This document shows, in pieces, positions 54,078 to 63,968 of a stretch of DNA of 64,000 bases. A program made the position numbers and the translations under genes. Position 1 is the first letter of the stretch. Each line of letters begins with the position of its first letter. Source of the stretch: Bacillota bacterium (lineage in GTDB: Bacteria > Bacillota > Clostridia > Christensenellales > SZUA-584); assembly GCA_023428025.1 (NCBI GenBank), contig JAEYZN010000031.1, forward strand, positions 8,948 to 72,947, read 5' to 3'. The notes below the pieces were generated by a model that did no database searches, was not told where the DNA came from, and saw nothing but the letters and a program-made list of their open reading frames with translations.

Positions 54078-54128
54078 TCGAGCGCCCAATGCGGAGTGGC
54101 TGGGCAGCTTTCGGGAAAAGCTCTCCTG

Positions 54129-54162
54129 AAATAAAAAGCCGGATCGATGGTATCGACCCGGC
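54129..54162 (-). terminator. intrinsic terminator of tkt
   Basis: The minus strand reads gccgggtcgat-acc-atcgatccggc (one mismatch) followed by tttttattt. Confidence 0.7.
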
Positions 54163-54178
54163 TTCGTTGCATGTTTGC

Positions 54179-56161
54179 TTATTTCGCGAGCGACGCCTTG
54201 GCCTTGGCGACGATATTGTCCGCCGTGAACCCGAAGGCGGAGAACAGCTGCTTGGCGGGGCCGGATGCGCCGAAGCGGTCCAGCGCGATGATCTCGCCCT
54301 TGAAGCCCGCGTATTTGTGCCAGCCGAACGACGCGCCCGCTTCCACGACGACGCGGCGGTCGATGGAATCCGGCAGCACGCTCTGCTTGTAGGCTTCGTC
54401 CTGCTCTTCGAACACGTCCATGCACGGCATGGAGACCACGCGTACGCTGATCCCCTCTTCAGAGAGCTTCTTCGCGGCTTCCATGCACTGCTCGACCTCG
54501 CTGCCCGTGCCGATGAGGATGACCTTCGGGTCGCTGCCGAAGTCCTTCAGCACGTAAGCGCCCTTGAGCGCCGCGGCGCCGGTCTCGTCGTAAAGCGGCA
54601 GCGTCTGGCGGGTGAGCGCGATGACGGAGGGGCCCTTCGCCTTGAGCGCGAAGATGTAGGCCGCGGCCGTTTCCTTGGAATCCGCCGGACGCCACATGTA
54701 GGTGCCCGGCGTGGCGCGCAGGCAAGCCAGCTGTTCGATGGGCTGGTGGGTAGGGCCGTCTTCGCCGACGCCGATGGAGTCGTGCGTCATGACATAAATC
54801 ACCGGCAGGCCCATCAGCGCGGACATGCGGACAGCGTTTTTCAGATAGTCCGTGAAGACGAAGAACGTGGCCACATACGGGATGATGCCACCGTGCAGCG
54901 CCTGACCGTTGGCGATGGCCGCCATAGCGAATTCGCGGACACCGTAGTGGATGTTCTGGCCTTCGGGCGTTGCGGCGGAGAAATATTCCCGGCCCTTGAG
55001 CACCGTGTTGTTGGAGGGGCCCAGGTCTGCGCTGCCGCCGAACAGGCCGGGCAGCTTGTCGGCCAGCCTGTTGAGCAGGACGCCGGAAGACTGGCGGGTG
55101 GCCAGCGGTTTGTCGAACTCGTACAGCGACGGATCGGACAGGACGGACTCGTCCACGGGATTAAAGCACTTGTCCCACAGCACCGCCATGTCCGGATAGG
55201 CTTTGCGGTAGGCCGCGAACAGCGCGTTCCACTTCGCTTCCGCCTCGGCGTAGCCCTTCTGACGGGCTTCGGCTTCGGCTTTCACTTCGTCCGGAACAAA
55301 GAAGCTCTCGGGGTAATCCCAGCCGATCGTCCTCTTGAGCAGCGCGATATTCTCGTCGCCCAGCGGCGAGCCGTGGCAGGAGGCTTTGCCCTGCACAGCG
55401 GGGCAGCCGTAGCCGATATCCGTTTTGATGATGATGATGGACGGCTTGCCCGTTTCGGCCTTCGCCTTCTCGATGGCGTCCGCGATGGCGTCCACATCCT
55501 CGTTGCCGTCTTGCACATGCAGCACCTGCCAGCCGTAAGCGTCGAAGCGCTTTGCCACATCTTCGTCGAACGCGAAATCCGTCTCACCCTCGATGGTGAT
55601 CTTGTTGCGGTCGTACAGCAGGATCAGCTTGCCGAGCTTCAATGTGCCGGCCAGGGAGCAGGCCTCGGACGCGACGCCTTCCATCAGGCAGCCGTCGCCG
55701 GAAAGCGCGTAGGTATAATGGTCCACGACCTTGTAGCCGTCTTTGTTGAACATGGCCGCGAGATGCGCCTCGGCCATCGCCATGCCGACCGCGTTCGCGA
55801 TGCCCTGGCCCAGCGGGCCGGTGGTGGTCTCAATGCCCGGCGCGTGGCCGTATTCGGGATGTCCGGCGGTCCTGGAGCCGTACTGCCGGAAATTTTTCAG
55901 GTCGTCGATGGTGACATCGTAACCGAAGGTGTGCAGCAGCGCGTAGAGCAGCATGGAGCCGTGGCCCGCGGAGAGCACGAAACGGTCTCTGTCCGGCCAG
56001 CCCGGGCTTTTGGGGTTGTGCTTTAAATACCGGGACCAGAGCGTGTACGCCATGGGCGCCGCGCCCAGCGGCAGACCCGGATGCCCGCTGTTGGCCTTCT
56101 GCACACCCTCCGCCGCGAGAAGCCGCACGGTGCTGATGGACAGCCTGTCGATGTTGTTCAT
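54179..56161 (-). CDS. tkt: transketolase
   Basis: About 660 aa. SGHPG.PLG, GHPE and [11 protein letters not shown] (ThDP-binding), plus [13 protein letters not shown] 56161 follows AGGAGG; the ORF-track start 56176 contains the SD. Confidence 0.93.
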   Translation of the reverse strand: MNNIDRLSISTVRLLAAEGVQKANSGHPGLPLGAAPMAYTLWSRYLKHNPKSPGWPDRDRFVLSAGHGSMLLYALLHTFGYDVTIDDLKNFRQYGSRTAGHPEYGHAPGIETTTGPLGQGIANAVGMAMAEAHLAAMFNKDGYKVVDHYTYALSGDGCLMEGVASEACSLAGTLKLGKLILLYDRNKITIEGETDFAFDEDVAKRFDAYGWQVLHVQDGNEDVDAIADAIEKAKAETGKPSIIIIKTDIGYGCPAVQGKASCHGSPLGDENIALLKRTIGWDYPESFFVPDEVKAEAEARQKGYAEAEAKWNALFAAYRKAYPDMAVLWDKCFNPVDESVLSDPSLYEFDKPLATRQSSGVLLNRLADKLPGLFGGSADLGPSNNTVLKGREYFSAATPEGQNIHYGVREFAMAAIANGQALHGGIIPYVATFFVFTDYLKNAVRMSALMGLPVIYVMTHDSIGVGEDGPTHQPIEQLACLRATPGTYMWRPADSKETAAAYIFALKAKGPSVIALTRQTLPLYDETGAAALKGAYVLKDFGSDPKVILIGTGSEVEQCMEAAKKLSEEGISVRVVSMPCMDVFEEQDEAYKQSVLPDSIDRRVVVEAGASFGWHKYAGFKGEIIALDRFGASGPAKQLFSAFGFTADNIVAKAKASLAK

Positions 56162-56368
56162 ATAATTCCTCCTCATATTATAACCGTCCGCTGCCTGTGC
56201 CGGAGCTCTAAGCCCGTGCGCGTCGGTTTTTTATCTGTCAGAAACACGCCAACAGCAACATTATAGTGGCTGGGTATGCGATGCACAATAGGAAATCATG
56301 GATTTGAGAGTTTGTGCAGGGTAAATGCAACTCATTTTTTCGCCAAAATCGATATCCGCTGCGGCGTA

Positions 56369-57055
56369 TCAGCGGCGGCGGTTGGACAGCATCGCGAAGC
56401 GCAGCACGTTGAGCAGCGCGACCAGCGTGGCGGCCACGTAGGTGAGCGCGGCGGCGTTCAGCATCTTCCTGGCGCCGTACAGCTCCTCGTCCGTCAGCAT
56501 GTTCTGCGCCGACAGCGCGGCCAGCGCGCGTTTGGAGGCGTTGAACTCGACGGGCAGCGTGATCACCTGAAACACGAATATGGCGAGGAAGATGTACACG
56601 ACGACGGAGATGATGTTGGAATAGCCCAGCATGAAGCCGAAGATCAGCAGCGGCCACAGCAGATAGGACGCGAAGCTGACGACGGGCGCGAGCAGGCTGC
56701 GGATTTGCAGCGGGAAATAGCCCGTGCCGTGCTGCAGCGCGTGGCCGGACTCGTGCGCGGCCACCGCGACGGCGGCCACCGAGCTGCCCGCGTAGTTGGC
56801 CTGCGACAGGTTCAGCGTTTTTTTCATGGGGTTGTAGTTGTCGGACAGCACGCCCTGCGCCGCACCTATCTGCACATGCTGCAGGCCGTTCGCAAAGAGG
56901 ATGCGCGACGCCATCTCCCGGCCGGTGATGCCGCTCACCACGGGCAGCTTGGAATAGGTATTGTAAGCGCTGTTTACTTTGGACTGCGCCCAGATGGCCA
57001 CGATGATGCCGGGGATCATCAGCAGCATCGTCCAGTCCCAATAGAAATAGTTCAT
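56369..57055 (-). CDS. membrane zinc metallopeptidase (YugP/Zn_peptidase_2 family)
   Basis: 228 aa. HExxH as AAHESGHALQH and an N-terminal TM. Its ATG shares one nucleotide with the upstream stop (TGATG). Confidence 0.75.
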   Translation of the reverse strand: MNYFYWDWTMLLMIPGIIVAIWAQSKVNSAYNTYSKLPVVSGITGREMASRILFANGLQHVQIGAAQGVLSDNYNPMKKTLNLSQANYAGSSVAAVAVAAHESGHALQHGTGYFPLQIRSLLAPVVSFASYLLWPLLIFGFMLGYSNIISVVVYIFLAIFVFQVITLPVEFNASKRALAALSAQNMLTDEELYGARKMLNAAALTYVAATLVALLNVLRFAMLSNRRR

Positions 57056-57618
57056 CAGACACCTCCCTCATTTGGTTGTAGTTTGTGCGGCGGGCGCTCT
57101 TTGATACGCAGCGCGCCGGCCGCGCGGCTGAACGTGGTACCGGCGACGATGCCGGTGATGGCGCCGGACACCGCGCCCACGGCGATCAGCACAAACGCGT
57201 AATAGAACAGATTCGATTCGCCCGTCAGCAGCACCGCGACGCCCACCTGCGACATGTTGTGGATGCACGCGCCGATCATCGAGATGCCGACCAGCGAGAG
57301 CGGCTTTATCCACCGCTGCGCCGCCGCCATGAACAGGATGCTGAGCAGCGCGCCGGGCACGGAATACAGGAACATGCCGAGGCCGCCCGAGAACAGCGCC
57401 GCGAGGAAGGTGCGCAGCACGCCCACCGCCAGCGCCGCGGGCACCGAAAAATACGTCAGTATGAACATCGAGATGATGTTGGCCAGGCCCAGCTTGACGC
57501 CGGGAATGGGCAGCGGCACCAGCGCTCCCAGCATGTTCTCGGCGACGGCGAGCACCAGCGATATGGCGAGCAGCGCGGAGAGCGTGGCGATGCGGCGCGC
57601 GGAAAGGCTACTCTGCAA
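57055..57618 (-). CDS. Gx transporter family protein (heptaprenyl-diphosphate-synthase component-I-like membrane protein)
   Basis: About 187 aa with 5-6 TM segments. AVAENMLGALVPLPIPGVKLGLANI block. Probable TTG start 57618, 7 nt after GAGGTG; the ORF-track start 57759 would overlap the upstream gene by 150 nt. Confidence 0.65.
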   Translation of the reverse strand: MQSSLSARRIATLSALLAISLVLAVAENMLGALVPLPIPGVKLGLANIISMFILTYFSVPAALAVGVLRTFLAALFSGGLGMFLYSVPGALLSILFMAAAQRWIKPLSLVGISMIGACIHNMSQVGVAVLLTGESNLFYYAFVLIAVGAVSGAITGIVAGTTFSRAAGALRIKERPPHKLQPNEGGV

Positions 57619-57970
57619 TGATGTCCACCTCGCTTTCGCTTTTGCCCTCGACGGTGACGGAGACGTGATTGGGCAGACAGGCCATGCTGGACCCCGGCTT
57701 TTGCAGCCAGCCGGCGTGGATGCATTCCTTGCCGGGGCAGTCCGACTCAATGTAGGCAATGGCGCCGTCTTTGACCTGCAGCTGCACGTCGCCCACCCAG
57801 AAGGTTTGATCGACGCTCAGGTCAACCTGCCGCACCACATTGCCGTCCAGCCGGACCACGGCGGTGCTGCCCGCTTCGCCCACGCCCGACATCAGGACAA
57901 TGCCTGCGGCGGCGATGGCGATGAGCAGGACAAAGAGTATGATATCCGCTTTTTTAATTATTTGCTTCAT
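57608..57970 (-). CDS. NusG domain II-containing protein (DUF1312)
   Basis: 120 aa from ATG 57970. N-terminal TM followed by the ...IESDCPGKECIHAGWL...ACLPNHVSV block, which is characteristic of NusG_II proteins paired with Gx transporters. Confidence 0.65.
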   Translation of the reverse strand: MKQIIKKADIILFVLLIAIAAAGIVLMSGVGEAGSTAVVRLDGNVVRQVDLSVDQTFWVGDVQLQVKDGAIAYIESDCPGKECIHAGWLQKPGSSMACLPNHVSVTVEGKSESEVDIIAE

Positions 57971-58226
57971 TCGTCTATATAAACGCTTTCCCTCAGGCAA
58001 AACGCAATGAGCTTTCGGTCGGCAAAAGGCTCTGATTCTGCGCGCCAAAATATTTTTCTGTATTTATTATAAATTGTGAGCCTTATCGGCGCAATATTTG
58101 CCCCGTATAAATGGTCTGTATTAAAAGGAAGAATTGTTGAATAAACTGTGAACATTATGGCAGCATGTTGACTTGGAGGAGCGAATCGGCTAATGTAAGT
58201 AAGCACTAACTTAAGTTGGAGGAGAG

Positions 58227-58790
58227 ATGGGCACAAGAGAGAAAATCATGGAGGCGGCGCGCGATCTGTTTGAACAGAAAGGCTTTGCGGCGGCCACCAC
58301 AAAGGAGATCGCGGCGCAGGCGGGCGTTTCCGAGGTGACGCTGTTCCGGCATTTCGAATCCAAGCGGAGCCTGTTCAATGAGACGCTGCACAGCTGCCTG
58401 CATCCGTATACGGTGGAGGATTATCTGAAACACAGCGTGACATACGATCTGCGGACGGACCTGAAGCACATCGGCTATGATCTGCTGAACACTTACAAGA
58501 AGAACGCCCCGCTGATCCGGATGGTGATGCGCGACAAGTTCCGCGGCACCGAGCCGGAGCGGGACGCGCGCAAGAATGAGCAGCACGCCGAACACAGCCT
58601 GCTGACGTATTTCAAGGCGATGAAGGAGGCCGGCCATTTGAACGCCGATCCGAAGATGGCGCTCAAGCTGTATATGACAAATATAATGGGACATTTTTAC
58701 AGGGGAATGTACGCCATGCATTGTGATGGAAAAGACGATATGTATTTTGACTGGATGCTGGATAAGATCATCAGCATTCTGGAGAAATAG
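58227..58790 (+). CDS. TetR/AcrR-family transcriptional regulator
   Basis: MGTREKIMEAARDLFEQKGFAAATTKEIAAQAGVSEVTLFRHFESKRSLF (TetR_N HTH). Confidence 0.88.
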   Translation: MGTREKIMEAARDLFEQKGFAAATTKEIAAQAGVSEVTLFRHFESKRSLFNETLHSCLHPYTVEDYLKHSVTYDLRTDLKHIGYDLLNTYKKNAPLIRMVMRDKFRGTEPERDARKNEQHAEHSLLTYFKAMKEAGHLNADPKMALKLYMTNIMGHFYRGMYAMHCDGKDDMYFDWMLDKIISILEK

Positions 58791-58819
58791 AAAATTTAAA
58801 CTTTGGAGAAGGACACAAC

Positions 58820-60547
58820 ATGAGGAAGCTTTTCAGGTATTTAAAGCCCTACAAATGGCAGGCCCTGATCGTGGTGGTGATGACCGCGGTACAGGCGCTC
58901 TCCCAGCTTTATCTGCCCAACCTGATGTCCGACATCGTCAACGAGGGTGTTGTCGCCAAGGATATCGACCTTATACTTCAGACAGGCCTTGTGATGCTGG
59001 GCTATACGCTGGTCGTGACGGTGTGCACGGTGCTGGCGCGGCTCTACGCATCCAAAACGGCCGTGGGATTTGCCAGGGACCTGCGGCGGGACATATTCAA
59101 GACGGTGGAGGGCTACTCGCTGGGCGAGTTTGACAAGATCGGCACCGCGTCGCTGATCACGCGGTCCACCAACGACGTGACGCAGATCATGAACGTGATG
59201 GTGATGATACTCTCGATGCTGCTGGCGGCGCCCATCACGGCGGCGGGCGGCATCATCATGGCGGTGCAGAAAGATGCCGGGCTGTCGTGGCTGATCGTGG
59301 TCATCATCGTGCTGATGTCGCTGCTGATACTCGGCATCGCGCTCAAGGTGATGCCGCTGTTCAAATCTTTGCAGAAGAAGATCGACCGGGTGAACCTGGT
59401 GCTGCGCGAGAATTTGACGGGTATCCGCGTGATCCGCGCGTTCAACAAGACGGAATACGAACAGGCGCGTTTTGACGAGGCCAATACGGACCTGACGGAC
59501 ACGTCGGTGACGGCGTACCGCTGGATGAGCCTGCTGTTTCCCACCATCATGGTGGTGCTGAACCTGGCGACGGTGGGGGTGCTGTGGTTCGGCGGACAGC
59601 TGGTGGACACCGGCGCGACGCAGGTGGGCGACCTGATGGCGTTCCAGCAGTATGTGATGCAGGTGATGTTTGCGCTGATCATGGCGACGATGATGTTTGT
59701 GATGCTGCCGCGCGCGTCGGCGTCGGCGGAACGCATCAACGAGATATTTGGACTGGTTCCCAGTATCACGGACAAGACGGATAAGGCCCCCGAGACCGTA
59801 AAAAAGGGACACGTGGAGTTCAAGGATGTCAGCTTCTATTACCACGGCGCGCAGGAACCGGCCATCTCCGGCATATCGTTTGCGGCGAAGCCCGGCGAGG
59901 TGACGGCGATCATCGGCAGCACGGGCTCCGGCAAGTCCACCCTGGTTAAGCTGATACCCCGGTTTTACGACGCGAGCGAAGGCCAGGTGCTGGTGGACGG
60001 CGTGGACGTGAAGGACTATCCGCAAAGCGCGCTGCGCGAGAAGGTGGGGTTTGTGCCGCAGAAGGTGAGCCTGGTCTCCGGCACCATCGCCAGCAACATC
60101 CGCTACGGCAAGGAGGACGCGACGGACGAGGAGATAGACCGCGCGGTCCGCATCGCGCAGGCGGCGGAGTTTGTATCCTCTCTGGAGGAAGGCACGGAAG
60201 CGCCGGTGGCGCAGGACGGCACGAATTTCTCCGGCGGGCAGAAACAGCGGCTGTCCATCGCGCGGGCGCTGGTGAGAAAGCCTGAGGTATATATATTTGA
60301 CGACAGCTTTTCGGCGCTGGATTTTAAAACGGACGCGAAGCTGAGGCAGGCGCTGGCCGCCGAGACCACGGACGCGACGGTGCTGATCGTGGCGCAGCGC
60401 GTGAGCACCGTGATGGGGGCGGACAACATCATCGTGCTGGATGAGGGCAAGGTGGCCGGACAGGGCCGGCATAAGGAACTGATGGACAGCTGCGAGACGT
60501 ACAGAGAGATCGTGTCGTCGCAGCTGTCGGTGGAGGAACTGGCATGA
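58820..60547 (+). CDS. ABC exporter permease/ATPase, subunit with non-catalytic Walker B (heterodimer partner A)
   Basis: 575 aa. 6-TM domain plus NBD. Walker A GSTGSGKST, signature FSGGQKQRLSIARAL and Walker B YIFDDSFSALD (Asp in place of the catalytic Glu). Confidence 0.88.
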   Translation: MRKLFRYLKPYKWQALIVVVMTAVQALSQLYLPNLMSDIVNEGVVAKDIDLILQTGLVMLGYTLVVTVCTVLARLYASKTAVGFARDLRRDIFKTVEGYSLGEFDKIGTASLITRSTNDVTQIMNVMVMILSMLLAAPITAAGGIIMAVQKDAGLSWLIVVIIVLMSLLILGIALKVMPLFKSLQKKIDRVNLVLRENLTGIRVIRAFNKTEYEQARFDEANTDLTDTSVTAYRWMSLLFPTIMVVLNLATVGVLWFGGQLVDTGATQVGDLMAFQQYVMQVMFALIMATMMFVMLPRASASAERINEIFGLVPSITDKTDKAPETVKKGHVEFKDVSFYYHGAQEPAISGISFAAKPGEVTAIIGSTGSGKSTLVKLIPRFYDASEGQVLVDGVDVKDYPQSALREKVGFVPQKVSLVSGTIASNIRYGKEDATDEEIDRAVRIAQAAEFVSSLEEGTEAPVAQDGTNFSGGQKQRLSIARALVRKPEVYIFDDSFSALDFKTDAKLRQALAAETTDATVLIVAQRVSTVMGADNIIVLDEGKVAGQGRHKELMDSCETYREIVSSQLSVEELA

Positions 60548-62592
60548 GTGAGACAAATAAAGCAGCCGGCAGCAAGGGCATGCCGACGGGCAGAGGGCGC
60601 GGACGCGGCCCCGGCGGGCCGGGCGGACCGGGCGCCGGTATGCCGATTGAGAAGGCGAAGGATTTCAGAGGCGGATTAAGACGCCTGATGACGTATCTGA
60701 CGCTGCACAAGGTGGCGCTGGCCATTGTGGTGATAACGGCGATCGGCAGCGCGGTGTTCTCGATATTCGGGCCCAAGATATTGGGCAACGCGACGACGGA
60801 GCTGTTTGCGCCGATGTCGGCCAAGGTGGAGGCGTTCTCCGAGCTGAAGGAGATATTGCCGGAGGACGTGGTGGATCAGATATCGAGCGGCGAGATACCG
60901 CAGGATGAGCTGATGTCGGTGATCCAGCAGAACGTGGACATGACGAAGCCTGAGAACCTGGCGGTGCTGCAGGACGCGTATGCGAAATATCAGGCGGCCA
61001 GCGAGCAGAAGATCGACTTCGCCAAGATCGGCGGCATCCTGCTCACCGTGATCGTGCTCTATCTGATCAGCGGGCTGTTTACGTTCGTCATGAACTTTGT
61101 GATGGCCAAGACGTCGCAGCAGGTGGTGTACGACATGCGGCGCCAGGTGGATGAAAAGCTGGCGCGGCTGCCGCTGAAGTATTTCGACGGGCACACGCAC
61201 GGCGAGATACTCTCCCGCGTGACCAACGACATCGACACGATATCCACGACGCTCTCGCAGGGGCTGACGCAGGTGATATCGTCGGTGATGATGCTGATCG
61301 GTATTATCGTGATGATGCTGACGATATCGTGGGTGATCACGCTGGTGACGCTGGTGATGCTGCCTTTGAGCTTCATCTTCATCCAGATCATCGTGAAAAA
61401 GTCCCAGAAGTTCTTCAAGGGGCAGCAGCAGGAGATCGGCCACATCAACGGGCATGTGGAGGAGATGTACGGCGCGCACACCGTGGTGAAGGCGTTCGGC
61501 AAAGAAGATGAGAGCGTCGCGAAGTTTGACGAGATCAACGAGCGGCTGTATACGGTGGGCTGGAAGGCGCAGTTTCTGTCCGGCATCATGATGCCGCTGA
61601 TGAACTTTGTGAGCAACCTGGTGTATGTGTTCGTGTGCGCCATCGGCGGGATCATGGTGATAGGCGGCCAGATCTCCATCGGCGACGTACAGGCGTTCAT
61701 CCAGTATTCGCGGCAGTTCACGCAGCCCATCATGCAGGTGGCGCAGATCGCCAACGTGCTGCAGTCTACCGTGGCGGCGGCGGAGCGCGTGTTTGAGGTG
61801 CTGGACGAGGAGGAGATGCCGGCGGACAGCCATGACAACGTGATCGAGTTCCCCAAGGGCGCGGTCAAGTTCGACCATGTGTCGTTCGGATACAACCCGG
61901 GCGTCACCATCATCAAGGACTTGGAACTCGCCGTGAAGCCGGGCGACGTGGTCGCCATCGTGGGGCCGACGGGCGCGGGCAAGACGACGCTGGTGAACCT
62001 GCTGATGCGTTTCTACGACGTGGATGAGGGCAGCATATCGGTGGACGGCGTGGACATCCGCACGCTGCCGCGCGAGGACCTGCGCAGACAGTTCGGCATG
62101 GTGCTGCAGGATACGTGGCTGTTCGGCGGCACGATATACGACAACATCAAGTACGGCAAGGAGAACGCCACGGACGAGCAGGTTTACCGCGCGGCGAAGA
62201 TGGCGCACGCGGACCATTTCATCCGCTCGCTGCCGGAGGGCTACGGCACGGTGCTCAACGAGGAGGCGTCCAACATATCGCAGGGACAGCGGCAGCTCAT
62301 CACCATCGCGCGGGCGCTGCTGGCCGACCCGCCGATACTGATACTGGACGAGGCGACGAGCAGCGTGGACACGCGTACCGAGGCGTACATCCAGAACGCG
62401 ATGATCGCGCTGATGAAGGGGCGCACCAACTTCGTGATCGCGCACCGGCTGTCCACCATCCGCAGCGCGTCCACGATACTCGTGATGAACGAGGGGCGCA
62501 TCATCGAACAGGGCAACCACGCGGAGCTGATGGCGCTGAACGGCTTCTATGCCGACCTGTACAACAGCCAGTTCGCGGGCGCGGCGGTGTAA
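60544..62592 (+). CDS. ABC exporter permease/ATPase, subunit with degenerate signature (heterodimer partner B)
   Basis: 682 aa. Gly/Pro/Arg-rich N-terminus, Walker A GPTGAGKTT, degenerate signature ISQGQRQLITIARAL and canonical Walker B LILDEATSSVD. Overlaps the partner A stop. Confidence 0.88.
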   Translation: MSETNKAAGSKGMPTGRGRGRGPGGPGGPGAGMPIEKAKDFRGGLRRLMTYLTLHKVALAIVVITAIGSAVFSIFGPKILGNATTELFAPMSAKVEAFSELKEILPEDVVDQISSGEIPQDELMSVIQQNVDMTKPENLAVLQDAYAKYQAASEQKIDFAKIGGILLTVIVLYLISGLFTFVMNFVMAKTSQQVVYDMRRQVDEKLARLPLKYFDGHTHGEILSRVTNDIDTISTTLSQGLTQVISSVMMLIGIIVMMLTISWVITLVTLVMLPLSFIFIQIIVKKSQKFFKGQQQEIGHINGHVEEMYGAHTVVKAFGKEDESVAKFDEINERLYTVGWKAQFLSGIMMPLMNFVSNLVYVFVCAIGGIMVIGGQISIGDVQAFIQYSRQFTQPIMQVAQIANVLQSTVAAAERVFEVLDEEEMPADSHDNVIEFPKGAVKFDHVSFGYNPGVTIIKDLELAVKPGDVVAIVGPTGAGKTTLVNLLMRFYDVDEGSISVDGVDIRTLPREDLRRQFGMVLQDTWLFGGTIYDNIKYGKENATDEQVYRAAKMAHADHFIRSLPEGYGTVLNEEASNISQGQRQLITIARALLADPPILILDEATSSVDTRTEAYIQNAMIALMKGRTNFVIAHRLSTIRSASTILVMNEGRIIEQGNHAELMALNGFYADLYNSQFAGAAV

Positions 62593-62627
62593 ACGGCGTA
62601 TCTCATAAATTACAGAAAATTCGCAGA

Positions 62628-62660
62628 CAGAGGCGCGGGAACCAGCGCCTCTGTTTTGTT
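62628..62660 (+). terminator. intrinsic terminator of the ABC exporter operon
   Basis: cagaggcgc (62628-62636), loop gggaacca, gcgcctctg (62645-62653), followed by ttttgtt. Confidence 0.8.
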
Positions 62661-62867
62661 ATAAGGGGATTGACCGGAATACGAAAAATATATCCCGGAG
62701 CAGCAAAGCCGAAAAACGGCCGGAAAACCACAGGTATTTCAGCAAGACAATATCTTGACAAGCGCGGCGGCTGGGCTTTAATCTTATTGATTGTAAACAA
62801 TATGTGAAACAAGCGCTTTATTAATATTTTATACCCATCTTTTGTGTATGATGGTAACGAGGTAAGC

Positions 62868-63557
62868 ATGAAGTTCAGCCAGTTTGAAACGCACTGCCAC
62901 ACGGCGGAAACCAGCCCGTGCGGCATACTGACCGCCGCGGAGGTGGTGGACGGCATGAAGGCGGCCGGATATGCCGGAACGTTTATCACCGACCACTTCT
63001 ACTCCCGGTTCTTTGAGAAGGGCCATTTGGCCGACCGGCCGTGGGAGGAGAAGGCCGAAAAGTACCTGACAGGGTACAGGGCGGCAAAAAAGCGCGGCGA
63101 CGAGGTGGGCGTGAAGGTGTTTCTGGGGCTGGAGGTGCAGCCGGAGGATTCGCCGTTTGAGTTTCTCGTGTTCGGGCCGGATGAGCGTTTCCTCATGGAG
63201 ACGGGGCCGTTTTACCGGCTGCCCACGCCCGAGTTTTACACGCTGATGCACGACAACGGATTCCTCGTGTTTCAGGCGCACCCGTACCGCTTCGGCTTAT
63301 CGCCCGAGAACCCGGCTTATTTTGACGGCATCGAGATCGTCAACGCACAGCCGCGCGGCAACAGCCGGAACAAGCTGGCGCTCAGGTTTGCGATGGAGAA
63401 CGATATCATGGTGATCGCCGGGGGGGACGTGCATCTGCTGGGCGATATCGGCCGGGCCGGTATCATGCTGCCGGAGACGGTGGACAGCGTGGCGGAGTTT
63501 ATTGCATATTACCGCGAGGTGAGAACGCCGGAGCTGATCGTCACCTATGGCGCGTGA
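62868..63557 (+). CDS. PHP-domain (polymerase/histidinol-phosphatase-like) metal-dependent phosphoesterase
   Basis: MKFSQFETHCHTAETSPCG...FITDH...FQAHPYR...GGDVH, the PHP His/Asp metal-ligand pattern. ATG 62868 follows GAGGTA. Confidence 0.7.
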   Translation: MKFSQFETHCHTAETSPCGILTAAEVVDGMKAAGYAGTFITDHFYSRFFEKGHLADRPWEEKAEKYLTGYRAAKKRGDEVGVKVFLGLEVQPEDSPFEFLVFGPDERFLMETGPFYRLPTPEFYTLMHDNGFLVFQAHPYRFGLSPENPAYFDGIEIVNAQPRGNSRNKLALRFAMENDIMVIAGGDVHLLGDIGRAGIMLPETVDSVAEFIAYYREVRTPELIVTYGA

Positions 63558-63593
63558 CATGCCGGCGGATCAGAATAAAGGGGTGATGGTATA

Positions 63594-63968
63594 ATGTTTG
63601 GAAAGATGTTTGTCGGGCGGAACGGCCCGGACCAGCTTTCCCTGGCTATGATGATACTGGCGCTTATATTGAGCTTTGTGCCATGGACATATATGTTTAT
63701 CATATCGCTGGCGCTCATGCTGCTGGCAATTTGGCGCATGTTTTCCAAGAACATCGACAAGCGCCGCAGGGAAAATTTCGTGGTGCTCAAGCTGGTTAAT
63801 AATACAAAAGCGTGGTATTATAGGATTAATGCGCGGCGGCAGCAAAGCAAGCAGTATAAGATATTCAAATGCCCCCAATGCGGGCAGAAGCTGCGCGTGC
63901 CGCGGGGCAAGGGGAAGGTATCCATCAAGTGTTCCAAATGCGGGAACAAGCTGCTGAAAACCACTTGA
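63594..63968 (+). CDS. small membrane protein with C-terminal zinc ribbon
   Basis: 124 aa. Two TM helices followed by CPQCGQKLRVPRGKGKVSIKCSKCGNK (CxxC...CxxC). Confidence 0.6.
   Translation: MFGKMFVGRNGPDQLSLAMMILALILSFVPWTYMFIISLALMLLAIWRMFSKNIDKRRRENFVVLKLVNNTKAWYYRINARRQQSKQYKIFKCPQCGQKLRVPRGKGKVSIKCSKCGNKLLKTT

Noticed and set aside
54089-56026. 645-aa plus-strand ORF opposite transketolase.
   Set aside because: The minus frame is an unambiguous transketolase. The plus frame is a GC-driven shadow ORF.
57971-58100. Possible structured leader upstream of the NusG_II-Gx operon.
   Set aside because: I could not match it to any riboswitch class from memory, and the stems are weak.
58207-58216. 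10-bp palindrome AACTTAAGTT overlapping the TetR gene SD, considered as a possible TetR operator.
   Set aside because: It is too short, and I found no second half-site pattern. It could easily be chance in AT-rich sequence.
58841-62520. 571-aa and 614-aa minus-strand ORFs opposite the two ABC exporter genes.
   Set aside because: The plus frames carry Walker A/B and signature motifs and TM domains. The minus frames are shadow ORFs.
477-62868. N-terminal extensions in the ORF track for many genes (for example 9971, 11006, 19742, 24772, 32716, 41006, 45335, 57759, 58048, 56176).
   Set aside because: The extended starts overlap upstream genes or contain the SD itself. I chose internal ATG, GTG or TTG starts with correctly spaced GGAGG-like sites that align with homologue N-termini. 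Exact starts remain provisional.
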